Shown here one piece after another: positions 12,974 through 25,198 of a stretch of DNA of 64,000 nucleotides (the first letter of the stretch is position 1; the number at the start of each line of letters is the position of its first letter). The translations under genes were made by a program, and so were the position numbers. The stretch is taken from positions 50,282,001 through 50,346,000 of the forward strand of contig OZ038379.1 of NCBI GenBank assembly GCA_964036045.1. Direction: 5' to 3'. The stretch is from Eutreptiella sp. 'Long Island Sound 2002' (lineage: Eukaryota; Protista; Euglenida). Under the pieces are notes generated by a model that did not search any database, was not told where the DNA came from, and worked only from the letters and a program-made list of their open reading frames with translations.

Positions 12974-15103
12974 CTAGGGGGGGGGGGTCCTCAACACTGT
13001 CACTGTCGCCATCAGCATTGGGGGGGGGGGGGCGGGTATCCGGGCGGGGTCCCTTCGCGCAAAAGCGCGTGCTGGCTGGCGTCGCTTGTACCGGTCTTGT
13101 GTATTACATGCGCGTAACATGTCCTGTGCCTGTGCTAATGTTGTGTCCATATCACTTGGAGGACGCTGTGGCACGTGTCTACCCAGCTCTGTCATCACCT
13201 CAGCATCAACTTTAACAGGCTTCACAAGTGTTTGCAATGTCTTGGCACGTAGATCTCGGTAATGCTCTGCAGTGAGCACCGTATCTAGTGAACAAGGAAA
13301 ATCCATCTTGGCAGGAGCCCACCTGTCTTGCACGATACTCGACTTCTGACTGGACCAGACCAGGGGGGGTATAACACCAACATCAAAACACTGCATCAAT
13401 CTGGTGAAGCGACGATCAACCAGTTGTGGCAGTCCCTTTGGAACATTAACGTACTGCAGGTCCTTTGGGGTCTGGCCAGCAACGGGAGTGAGTATAAATA
13501 GGTCATGCACCTGTTGCAACGTACAGTTCCCAGGGTGTTGTGCCATTAAGTGCACAACGCGGCTCAACAGGGCCTCACACGGTTCCTCACTGTGTGCCGC
13601 CCCACGTAAGCGGGCAAACCACTGGGACCACAACAACCTAGCAACAACAATGGTGCGCACATATTCGACCTTGTCCTCATAACCTAAGGTGAGCCTCACA
13701 AGGACGTGTAGACAACGGCTCAACAATGGCCCTGCAGCGTGCTGCTCTCCCTGTGCAGACCAATGACAATCCCTCACTTGCGACCCAATAATAAACAAGG
13801 CTGGAATGTAACCATACAGCAGTGTTACCAACCCTTGCACCTGTGTAAGAAGTGTGCTGTGATTAGCGTTACCCGGTCGGTGCAAACCCCTTAGAGTCTG
13901 TAACTTCTGTTCCAAAGGTTGGCGCCACTTATGGGCCAAGTGCAAGAGCACCAAAATCATACGCTCCACATAGATGAGTGTCGGAAAGTTGGGAACTGCA
14001 GTGCCCAAATTGAGTGAACCATACGAGAAATAGGTAAATAAAGGGAAGAATCTTCCGTAGCACAGGGTTACACAATATTCATATGGGTGCCATGTGCCAT
14101 ACACTACTGGGGTACGTGTAATGTACAGGGGCGAGTTGTACCGAGCATAGCTGATGCTATAAACAAGCTTAAGGACGCGGTAGTGTATGTTTTCGTCGAC
14201 CAACAGTGGAAGACGGTGTTGTGTGTGCTGCCGCACCTCCTGGAGACCGTGAATAATAGAGACAAGGTCAGGAGTGGCGGACACAGTTAGGTCTATGAGA
14301 AAAAAGGGGGTCCAAGCTGGGCTGGTAACATTAGCCCGTCGTATGTCCAAGGGACAACGAACATGTTGAAGGCGGATGGGGTCGTCCATCAACCCTTGCA
14401 AGCCATCAATGAAGTTTTTGTGGCTCTGCACCAACAAGTCTGCAGTGTACCCAATCCTCTGCCGCAAAACCGAGAGACTAGGAAAAGACGGCATAACGTC
14501 AACAGGTCGTTTCAAGAGTATGATAGCACCGGCTGTACAATTGAGGGACCGGTTCTCATTACCAGGCACAGGCCGGAAGTTACACCTATAAAAATTATCG
14601 AACCATAGGACAGCGGGTTTACCTTCCAAGGTCTGCCAAAGACTGGGGCACGCAGTTGCTCCTTGGACAGCAAAGGAGGGTACATGGTAAGAACATTGAC
14701 CCATGTGAGCCAAACACCTACGTTGCACACGACTCTTGGGTTGGACACCTATAGCCCTCTTGGCACGTGGACGACACCTCTTGTGTAGAAGAGACCATAT
14801 ATTAAAAACCTCATGCTCAGCAACACGAAACCATTGGTCCGGCAGACAATTAAGGGTACGCATGTCCCTTTGTTGGATGTATTCGCCAACGGACCGCCTA
14901 CTTCTCCACTCGAACCGGAGATCTAACACCCACGTACAAAACTCATCGGCATCCTTATCCCTACCCACAGCCTCAAATAGATCCTTTTTTGAAGCATATA
15001 CCTTCGAACTAAGGAATTGCCGGAAGGGAGCCGCATCCATGGACAAAAGACCTGTTTGCACACAGCAAAGGTAAAGGGACAAAGAGAACAGAGGCACCAT
15101 CAC
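12974..15103 (-). CDS. Putative DDE (RNase H-fold) transposase of element A, 709 aa, DUF6589-like motif pattern
   Basis: Long intact ORF inside a TIR/TSD element. Motif order WFDN - LVDEN - GTWH - EYVR - EEPCE fits D, D, H-containing insertion domain, E. The family assignment is inference. Confidence 0.75.
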   Translation of the reverse strand: MMVPLFSLSLYLCCVQTGLLSMDAAPFRQFLSSKVYASKKDLFEAVGRDKDADEFCTWVLDLRFEWRSRRSVGEYIQQRDMRTLNCLPDQWFRVAEHEVFNIWSLLHKRCRPRAKRAIGVQPKSRVQRRCLAHMGQCSYHVPSFAVQGATACPSLWQTLEGKPAVLWFDNFYRCNFRPVPGNENRSLNCTAGAIILLKRPVDVMPSFPSLSVLRQRIGYTADLLVQSHKNFIDGLQGLMDDPIRLQHVRCPLDIRRANVTSPAWTPFFLIDLTVSATPDLVSIIHGLQEVRQHTQHRLPLLVDENIHYRVLKLVYSISYARYNSPLYITRTPVVYGTWHPYEYCVTLCYGRFFPLFTYFSYGSLNLGTAVPNFPTLIYVERMILVLLHLAHKWRQPLEQKLQTLRGLHRPGNANHSTLLTQVQGLVTLLYGYIPALFIIGSQVRDCHWSAQGEQHAAGPLLSRCLHVLVRLTLGYEDKVEYVRTIVVARLLWSQWFARLRGAAHSEEPCEALLSRVVHLMAQHPGNCTLQQVHDLFILTPVAGQTPKDLQYVNVPKGLPQLVDRRFTRLMQCFDVGVIPPLVWSSQKSSIVQDRWAPAKMDFPCSLDTVLTAEHYRDLRAKTLQTLVKPVKVDAEVMTELGRHVPQRPPSDMDTTLAQAQDMLRACNTQDRYKRRQPARAFARRDPARIPAPPPPMLMATVTVLRTPPP

Positions 15104-15809
15104 AAAACAAACCTGATGCGGCAGAGTTCAAAAGCAGCTAGCAAAGATCCAAACAATGTATCCCCCAAAGGACGTGCGACGTTCCAAAGCCTGGGTACAC
15201 TCCAAGGTGGCAGTCACACAACAGGCAATATATTTCCAATGAGCAGAGGATGAGTACCAACGTCCGATGAGTCATACGTCCTTCGTCAGGTGTTACACAA
15301 TGGGAACCAACAGGAGTGAAATGCGGAGTTTCAAATTTTTTGGCCACTGCAGTGCCCAAAAGTAGTGGAAGCCCATTTTCAAGTGCACATTTGGACAGGA
15401 ATGGAAGTGATTGGGCAAGGTACATTGTACGTGGCCTTCCGAGTATAACACTGCCGTGCGATGACCCATTGATGACCGGTATGCCAAGGTTTGATGCCTG
15501 CTGCTGCAGTAGGACATCACCTGAGGAGATGACTACAGAGCTGTATTGGAGAACCGACTGAAAAAAGCCATTTCAAATTTGCAATGCCTGAAAATTTTAA
15601 ATGACACAATTTTCAACCCGGAACAGGGGGTGTATATGTGCACCCGTGGAAGCGACAAAAGGCAAGGTTGTTGTATCCCACGATGAAAATACACGTGTAG
15701 TTGGCCGAAAAAATGATATGCTTTTTTTGGGTGCAAAAAATGGATGTTGAAATCGCCATGAATTGTGCCTTTTAGCGACGAAGGCTACGTGCGTAACGAG
15801 CCGCCTAAG

Positions 15810-18800
15810 GAGTAGGACCTCTAAGACTTGTACCTGTGCGCCATGCGGGCGCTCTGTCATTCATTTGTGTGCGCACGCTGGCGCTCTTAGACTCGCCTTT
15901 GCGCACCACGCTGGCGCTCTTAGACTCATACCCGTGCGCCACGCAGGCGCTCTGTCATTCATTTCCTTGCGCCAGGCAGGCACTCTGAGACTCACCTGTG
16001 CGGCCCACACGAGTGCTCTATCCCTTGTCTCCATGCGCCATGCAAGCGCTCCGAGACTCGCCTCCTTGCCACGCATGCACTCTGTCATTCGCATTTGTGC
16101 GCCACACAGGCGCTCTGTCATTCGTTCCTGTGCGGCACGCTCGCGCTCTGGGGCCCGCACCTGTGCGCCACACATGCGCTGTCTCGTTCGTTTATGTGTG
16201 CCATGCAGGCGCTCTGAGACTTGCTCCCGCGCTCCACACAAGCGATTTGTCATTCGTACCTATGTGCCACGTAGGCACTTTGCGATTTGTTTCTGTGCGG
16301 CACGCTCGCGCTTTGAGACCCTTACCTCTCTGCCACGGAGGCGCTCTCTCCTTCGTTTCTGTGCGCCAGTCGAGGCGCTCTGAGACTCGCTCCTGCGCCC
16401 CACGCACGCACTCTGTCATTCGTTTCTGTGCGCCACGCAGGCACTCTGTCCGTCGTTTTAGTGCGCCATGCAGGCACTCTGAGACTCATTCTTGTGCGCC
16501 GGGTAGGCTCTCTGACACTCGTACCTCTGGGCCATGTGGGCACTCTCTCCCTCATTTCCGTGCGCCATGCAGGGGCGCTATCATTCGACTCTCTGCACCA
16601 TGCTGGCACTCTGCGACTTGTACCTTTCCGCCATGAAGGCGATTTGTCATTCGTCTCAGTGCGCCATGTTGGCCCTCTCAGATTTGTACCTGTGCGCCAT
16701 GCAAGCGCTTTGACATTCGTTTCTGTGCGCCACGGTGGCGCTCTTAGACGCGCCTCTGTGTCCCACGCTGGCACTGTATCATTTGTTTCCGTATGATATG
16801 CTGGCGCTCTAAGACTCGTACCTGTGCGCCATGCAGGCGCTCTGTCATTCTTTTGCGTGCCCTATGCATGCACTCTGAGACTCACCTCTGTGCCCCACGC
16901 AGGCGTTAGGTCCTTCGTTTTCATGCGCCATGCAAGCGCTCTGAGACTCGCCTCCACGCGCCATGCAGGCGCTTTGCCATTTGTACCTGTGCGCCACGCA
17001 GGCGCTATGACACTCGTACATGTGCGCCATGCGGGCAGGCTATCCTTCGTTTTTGTGTGCCACGTCGGGCCGCTGTCATTCGAGTCTGCGCACCATGCTG
17101 GCACTTTGCGACTCGTACCTTTGCGCCACGCACGCAATGTGTCATTCATTTCCGTGCGCCGCGTAGGACCTCTGAGACTTGTACCTGTGCGCCATGCGGG
17201 CGCTCTGTCATTCATTTGTGTGCGTACGCTAGCGCTCTTAGACTCGCCTTTGTGCACCACACTGGCGCTCTTAGACTCATACCCGTGCGCCACGCAGGCG
17301 CTCTGTCATTCGCATTTGTGTGCCACACAGGCGCTCTGTCATTCGTTCTTGTGCGGCACGCTTGCGCTCTGGGGCCCGCACCAGTGCACCACACATGCGC
17401 TGTCTCGTTCGTTTATGTGCGCCATGCAGGCGCTCGGAGACTTGCTCCCGCGCCCCACACAGGCGCTTTGTCATTCGTACCCATGTGCCACGTAGGCACT
17501 TTGTCATTTGTTTCTGTGCGGCACGCTCGCGCTTTGAGACCCGCATCTGTGCGCCACGGAGGCGCTCTCTCCTTCGTTTCTGTGCGCCACTCGAGGCGCT
17601 CTGAGACTCGCTCTTGCGCGGCACGCAGGCACTGTGTCATTCGTTGTAGTGCGCCATGCAGGCACTCTAAGACTCATTCTTGTGCGCCGGGTAGGCGCTC
17701 CGACACGCGTACCTCTGGGCCATGTGGGCACTCTCTCCCTCATTTCTGTGCGCCATGCAGGGGCGCTATCATTCGATTGTCTGCACCATGCTGGCACTCT
17801 GCGACTTGTACGTTTGCGCCATTAAGGCGAATTGTCATTCGTCTCAATGCGCCATGTTGGCCCTCTCAGATTTGTACCCGTGCGCTATGCAAGCGCTTTG
17901 ACATTCGTTTCTGTGCACCACGGTGGCACTCTTAGACTCGCCTCTGTGTCCCACGCTGGCGCTGTATCATTTGCTTCTGTGTGATAAGCTGGCGCTCTGA
18001 GACTCGTACCTGTGCGCCATGCTAGCGCTCTGTCATTGGTTTCCGTGCCCTATGCATGCACTCGGAGACTCACCTGTGTGCCCCACGCAGGCGTTAGGTC
18101 CTTCGTTTTCATGCGCAATGCAAGCGCTCTGAGACTCGCCTCCACGCGCCATGCAGGCACTTTGACATTTGTACTTGTGTGCCACGCAGGCGCTATGACA
18201 CTCGTACATGTGCACCACGCGGGCACTCTATCCTTCGTTTTTGTGCGCCAGATAGGGCCGCTGTCATTCGATTCTGTGCACCATGCTGGCACTTTGCGAC
18301 TCGTACCTTTGCGCCACGCACGCAATCTGTCATTCATTTATGTGCGCCGAGCAGGACCTCTGAAGCTTGTACCTGAACGCCATGCGGGCGCTCTGTCATT
18401 CATTTGTGTGCGCACGCTAGCGCTCTTAGACTCGCCTTTGTGCACCACGCTGGCGCTCTTAGACTCATACCCGTGCGCCACGCAGGCGCTCTGTCATTCA
18501 TTTCCTAGCTCCATGCAGGCACTGTGAGACTCACCTCTGCGGCCCACACAAGCGCTGTATCCCTTGTCTCCATGCGCCATGCAAGCGCTCCGAGACTCGC
18601 CTCCTTGCCACGCATGCACTCTGTCATTCGCATTTGTGCGCCACACAGGCGCTCTGTCATTCGTTCCTGTGTGGCACGCTCGCGCTCTGGGGCCCGCACC
18701 TATGCGCCACACATGCGCTGTCTCGTTCGTTTATGTGTGCCATGCAGGCGCTCTGAGACTTGCTCCCGCGCCCCACACGGGCGCTTTGTCGTTCGCACCT

Positions 18801-21800
18801 ATGTGCCACGTAGGCATTTTGTCGTTTGTTTCTGTGCGGCACGCTCGCGCTTTGAGACCCGCACCTGTGCGCCACGGAGGCGCTCTCTCCTTCGTTTCTG
18901 TGCGCCATTCGAGGCGCTCTGAGACTCGCTCCTGCGCCCCACGCAGGCACTCTGTCATTCGTTTCTGTGCGCCACGCAGGCGCTCCGTCCGTCGTTTTAG
19001 TGCGCCAAGGGCACTGTGAGACTCATTCTTGTGCGCCGGGTAGGCGCTCTGACACTCGTACCTCTGGGCCATGTCGGCACTCTCTCCCTCATTTCTGTGC
19101 GCCATGCAGGGGCGCTATCATTCGATTGTCTGCACCATGGTGGCACTTTGCGACTTATACCTTTGCGCCATGAAGGCGAATTGTCATTCGTCTCAGTGCG
19201 CCATGTTGGCCCTCTCAGATTTGTACCTGTGCGCCATGCAACCGCTTTGACATTCGTTTTTGTGCACCACGGTGGCGCTCAGAGACTTGCCTCTGTGTCC
19301 CACGCCGGCGCTGTATCATTCGTTTCCGTGTGATATGCTTGCGCTCTAAGACTTGTACCTGTGCGCCATGCAGGCGCTCTGTCATTCGTTTCCGTGCCCT
19401 ATGCATGCACTTTGAGACTCACCTCTGTGCCCCACGCAGGCGTTAGGTCCTTCGTTTTCATGCGCCATGCAAGCGCTCTGAGACTCGCCTCCACGCGCCA
19501 TGTAGGCGCTTTGCCATTTGTACCTGTGCGCCACGCAGGCGCTATGACACTCGTACATGTGCGCCATGCGGGCACTCTATCCTTCGTTTTTGTGCGCCAC
19601 GTAGGGCCACGTCGCTGTCATTCAATTATGTGCACCATGCTCGCACTTTGTGACTCGTACCTTTGCGCCACGCATGCAATGTGTCATTTATTTATGTGCG
19701 CCGAGCAGGACATCTGAGACTTGTACCTGTGCGCCATGCGGGCGCTCTGTCATTCATTTGTGTGCGCACGCTAGCGCTCTTAGACCCGCCTTTGTGCACC
19801 ACGCTGGCGCTCTTAGACTCATACCCGTGCGCCACGCAGGCGGTCTGTCATTCATTTCCTTGCGCCATGCAGGCACTGTGAGACTCACCTCTGCGGCCCA
19901 CACAGGCGCTCTATCCCTTGTCTCCATGCACCATGCAAGCGCTCCGAGACTTGCCTCCTTGCCACGCATGCACTCTGTCATTCGCATTTGTGCGCCACAC
20001 ATGCGCTCTGTCATTTGTTCCTGTGCGGCGGCTCGCGCTATGGGGCCCGCACCTGTGCGCCACACATGCGCTGTCTCGTTCGTTTATGTGCGCCATGCGG
20101 GCGCTCTGAGACTTGCTCCCGCTCCCCACACAAGCGATTTGTCATTCGTACCTATGTGCCGGGTAGGCACTTTGCAATTTGTTTCTGTGCGGCACGCTCG
20201 CGCTTTGAGACCCGCACCTGTGCGCCACGGAGGCGCTCTCTCCTTCCTTTTTGTGCGCCATTCGAGGCGCTCTGAGGCTCGCTTCTGCGCCCCACGCATG
20301 CACTCTGTCATTCGTTTATGTGCGCCACGCAGGCGCTCTGTCCGTCGTTTTAGTGCGCCATGCCGGCACTCTAAGACTCATTCTTGTGCGCCGGGTAGGC
20401 GCTCTGACACGCGTACCTCTGGGCCACATCGGCACTCTCTCCCTCATTTCTGTGCGCCATGCAGGGACGCTATCATTCGATTCTCTGCACCATGCTGGCA
20501 CTCAGCGATTTGTACCTGTGCGCCATGCAACCGCTTTGACATTTGTTTCTGTGCACCACGGTGGCGCTCATAGACTCGCCTCTGTGTCCCACGCTGGCGC
20601 TGTATCATTCGTTTCCGTGTGATGTGCTGGCGCTCTAAGACTCGTACCTGTGCCCCATGCCATGCAGGCGCTCTGTCATTCGTTTCCGTGCCCTATGCAT
20701 GCACTTTGAGACTCACCTCTGTGCCCCACACAGGCGTTAGGTCCTTCGTTTTCATGCGCAATGCAAGCGCTCTGAGACTCGCCTCCACGCGCCATGCGGG
20801 CGCTTTGCCATTTGTACCTGTGCGCCACGCAGGCGCTATGACACTCGTACATGTGCGCCATGCGGGCACTCTATCCTTCGCTTTTGTGCGCCACGTAGGG
20901 CCGCTTTCATTCGATTATGTGCACCATGCTCGCACTTTGTGACTCATACCTTTGCGCCACGCATGCAATGTGTCATTTATTTATGTGCGCCGAGCAGGAC
21001 CTCTAAGACTTGTACCTGTGCGCCATTCGCGCGCTCTGTCATTCATTTGTGTGCGCACGCTAGCGCTCTTAGACTCGCCTTTGTGCACCACGTTGGCGCT
21101 CTTAGACTCACACCCGTGCGCCACGCAGGCGGTCTGTCATTCATTTCCTTGCAACATGCCAGCACTCTGAGACTCACCTGTGCGGCCCACACAGGCGCTC
21201 TATCCCTTGTCTCCATGCGCCATGCAAGCGCTCCGAGACTTGCCTCCTTGCCACGCATGCACTGTGTCATTCGCATTTGTGCGCCACACAGGCGCTCTGT
21301 CATTCGTTCCTGTGCGGCATGCTCGCGCTGTGGGCCCCGCACCTGTGCGCCACACATGCGCTGTCTCGTTCGTTTATGTGCGCCATGCGGGCGCTCTGAG
21401 ACTTGCTCCCGCGCCCCACACAAGCGATTTGTCATTCGTACCTATGTGCCACGTAGGCACTTTGCGATTTATTTCTGTGTGGCACGCTCGCGCTTTGAGA
21501 CCCGCACCTGTGCGCCACGGAGGCGCTCTCTCCTTCATTTCTGTGCGCCACTCGAGGCGCTCTGAGACTCACTCTTGCGCCCCACGCAGGCAATCTGTCA
21601 TTCGTTTCTGTGCGCCACGCAGGCGCTCTGTCCGTCGTTTTAGTGCGCCATGCAGGCACTCTAAGACTCATTCTTGTGCGCCGGGTAGGCGCTCTGACAC
21701 GCGTACCTCTGGGCCATGTGGGCACTCTCTCCCTCATTTCTGTGCGCCATGCAGGGGCGCTATCATTCGATTGTCTGCACCATGCTGGCACTCAGCGATT

Positions 21801-24800
21801 TGTACCTTTGCGTCATGAAGGCGAATTGTCATTCGTCTCAGTGCGCCATGTTGGCCCTCTCAGATTTGTACCTGTGCGCCATGCAAGCGCTTTGACATTC
21901 GTTTGTGTGCCCCACATTGGAGCTCTTAGACTCGCCTCTGTGTCCCACGCTGGCGCTGTATCATTCGTTTCCTTGTGATATGCTGGCGCTTTGAGACTCG
22001 TACTTGTGCGCCATGCAGGCGCTCTGTCATTCGTTTCCGTGCCCTATGCATGCACTCTGAGACTCACCTTCGTGCCCCACGCAGGCGTTAGGTCCTTCGT
22101 TTTCATGCGCCATGCAAGCGCTCTGAGACTCGCCTCCACGCGCCATGCAGGCGCTTTGCCATTTGCACCTCTGCGCCATGCAGGCGCTCTGTCATTCGTT
22201 TCCGTGCCCTATGCATGCACTTTGAGACTCACCTCTGTGCCCCACGCAGGCGTTAGGTCCTTCGTTTTCATGCGCCATGCAAGCGCATTGAGACTCGCCT
22301 CCACGCGCCATGTAGGCGCTTTGCCATTTGTACCTGTGCGCCACGCAGGCGCTATGACACTCGTACATGTGCGCCATGCGGGCACTCTATCCTTCGTTTT
22401 TGTGCGCCACGTAGGGCCACGTCGCTGTCATTCAATTCTGTGCACCATGCTCGCACTTTGTGACTCGTACCTTTGCGCCACGCATGCAATGTGTCATTTA
22501 TTTATGTGCGCCGAGCAGGACATCTGAGACTTGTACCTGTGCGCCATGCGGGCGCTCTGTCATTCATTTGTGTGCGCACGCTAGCGCTCTTAGACTCGCC
22601 TTTGTGCACCACGCTGGCGCTCTTAGACTCATACCCGTGCGCCACACAGGCGGTCTGTCATTCATTTCCTTGCGCCATGCAGGCACTGTGAGACTCACCT
22701 CTGCGGCCCACACAGGCGCTCTATCCCTTGTCTCCATGCACCATGCAAGCGCTCCGAGACTTGCCTCCTTGCCACGCATGCACTCTGTCATTCGCATTTG
22801 TGCGCCACACATGCGCTCTGTCATTTGTTCCTGTGCGGCGGCTCGCGCTATGGGGCCCGCACCTGTGCGCCACACATGCGCTGTCTCGTTCGTTTATGTG
22901 CGCCATGCGGGCGCTCTGAGACTTGCTCCCGCTCCCCACACAAGCGATTTGTCATTCGTACCTATGTGCCGGGTAGGCACTTTGCAATTTGTTTCTGTGC
23001 GGCACGCTCGCGCTTTGAGACCCGCACCTGTGCGCCACGGAGGCGCTCTCTCCTTCCTTTTTGTGCGCCATTCGAGGCGCTCTGAGGCTCGCTTCTGCGC
23101 CCCACGCATGCACTCTGTCATTCGTTTATGTGCGCCACGCAGGCGCTCTGTCCGTCGTTTTAGTGCGCCATGCCGGCACTCTAAGACTCATTCTTGTGCG
23201 CCGGGTAGGCGCTCTGACACGCGTACCTCTGGGCCACATCGGCACTCTCTCCCTCATTTCTGTGCGCCATGCGGGGGCGCTATCATTCGATTCTCTGCAC
23301 CATGCTGGCACTCAGCGATTTGTACCTGTGCGCCATGCAACCGCTTTGACATTTGTTTCTGTGCACCACGGTGGCGCTCATAGACTCGCCTCTGTGTCCC
23401 ACGCTGGCGCTATATCATTCGTTTCCGTGTGATGTGCTGGCGCTCTAAGACTCGTACCTGTGCGCCATGCCATGCAGGCGCTCTGTCATTCGTTTCCGTG
23501 CCCTATGCATGCACTTTGAGACTCACCTCTGTGCCCCACACAGGCGTTAGGTCCTTCGTTTTCATGCGCCATGCAAGCGCTCTGAGACTCGCCTCCACGC
23601 GCCATGCGGGCGCTTTGCCATTTGTACCTGTGCGCCACGCAGGCGCTATGACACTCGTACATGTGCGCCATGCGGGCACTCTATCCTTCGCTTTTGTGCG
23701 CCACGTAGGGCCGCTGTCATTCGATTATGTGCACCATGCTCGCACTTTGTGACTCATACCTTTGCGCCACGCATGCAATGTGTCATTTATTTATGTGCGC
23801 CGAGCAGGACCTCTAGGACTTGTACCTGTGCGCCATTCGCGCGCTCTGTCATTCATTTGTGTGCGCACGCTAGCGCTCTTAGACTCGCCTTTGTGCACCA
23901 CGTTGGCGCTCTTAGACTCACACCCGTGCGCCACGCAGGCGGTCTGTCATTCATTTCCTTGCAACATGCAAGCACTCTGAGACTCACCTGTGCGGCCCAC
24001 ACAGGTGCTCTATCCCTTGTCTCCATGCGCCATGCAAGCGCTCCGAGACTCGCCTCCTTGCCACGCATGCACTGTGTCATTCGCATTTGTGCGCCACACA
24101 GGCGCTCTGTCATTCGTTCCTGTGCGGCATGCTCGCGCTGTGGGCCCCGCACCTGTGCGCCACACATGCGCTGTCTCGTTCGTTTATGTGCGCCATGCGG
24201 GCGCTCTGAGACTTGCTCCCGCGCCCCACACAAGCGATTTGTCATTCGTACCTATGTGCCACGTAGGCACTTTGCGATTTATTTCTGTGTGGCACGCTCG
24301 CGCTTTGAGACCCGCACCTGTGCGCCACGGAGGCGCTCTCTCCTTCATTTCTGTGCGCCACTCGAGGCGCTCTGAGACTCACTCTTGCGCCCCACGCAGG
24401 CAATCTGTCATTCGTTTCTGTGCGCCACGCAGGCGCTCTGTCCGTCGTTTTAGTGCGCCATGCAGGCACTCTAAGACTCATTCTTGTGCGCCGGGTAGGC
24501 GCTCTGACACGCGTACCTCTGGGCCATGTGGGCACTCTCTCCCTCATTTCTGTGCGCCATGCAGGGGCGCTATCATTGGATTCTCTGCACCATGCTGGCA
24601 CTCAGCGATTTGTACCTTTGCGTCATGAAGGCGAATTGTCATTCGTCTCAGTGCGCCATGTTGGCCCTCTCAGATTTGTACCTGTGCGCCATGCAAGCGC
24701 TTTGACATTCGTTTGTGTGCCCCACAGTGGAGCTCTTAGACTCGCCTCTGTGTCCCACACTGGCGCTGTATCATTCGTTTCCGTGTGATATGCTGGCGCT

Positions 24801-25198
24801 TTGAGACTCGTACCTGTGCGCCATGCAGGCGCTCTGTCATTCGTTTCCGTGCCCTATGCATGCACTCTGAGACTCACCTTCGTGCCCCACGCAGGCGTTA
24901 GGTCCTTCGTTTTCATGCGCCATGCAAGCGCTCTGAGACTCGCCTCCACGCGCCATGCAGGCGCTTTGCCATTTGTACCTCTGCGCCACGCAGGGGCTCT
25001 GTCATTCGCGCCTGTGCGGCACAATGGCGCCTTGGGACCCGCACCTGTACGCTACACAGGCGTTTGTCCTTCGTTAGTGTGCGCCATGCAGCCACTCCGA
25101 GACTCGCTCCTGCGCACCTCGAAGGCGCTCTGTCATTTGCTACCGGTGCCACGCACGCGCTCTGTCCTTCATTTCTGTGCACCATGCAGGCACCGTGA
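15810..25198 (+). repeat. 33-bp satellite, main array with higher-order repeats (~1.2-1.5 kb and 2810 bp)
   Basis: Near-identical ORFs recur at an exact offset of 2810 (19650/22460, 20619/23429, 20939/23749, 21610/24420). A marker ORF recurs at 16845, 18033, 19382, 20676, 22192 and 23486. Confidence 0.97.

Larger units (their letters stand above)
9300..15809 (-). mobile_element. TIR DNA transposon A (6510 bp): transposase plus second gene, inserted in the 33-bp satellite
   Basis: 23-bp TIRs CTTAGGCGGCTCTATACGCACGT (9300-9322) and ACGTGCGTAACGAGCCGCCTAAG (15787-15809), 2 mismatches. 5-bp TSD GAGTA at 9295-9299 and 15810-15814. The empty-site sequence GTGCGCCGAGCAGGACCTCT is present elsewhere in the satellite. 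Confidence 0.93.

Noticed and set aside
15810-25198. CRISPR-like look: palindromic core plus variable part
   Set aside because: The variable parts are only 11 nt, fall into recurring types and repeat in higher-order blocks. There are no unique spacers or cas genes, and the context is eukaryotic.
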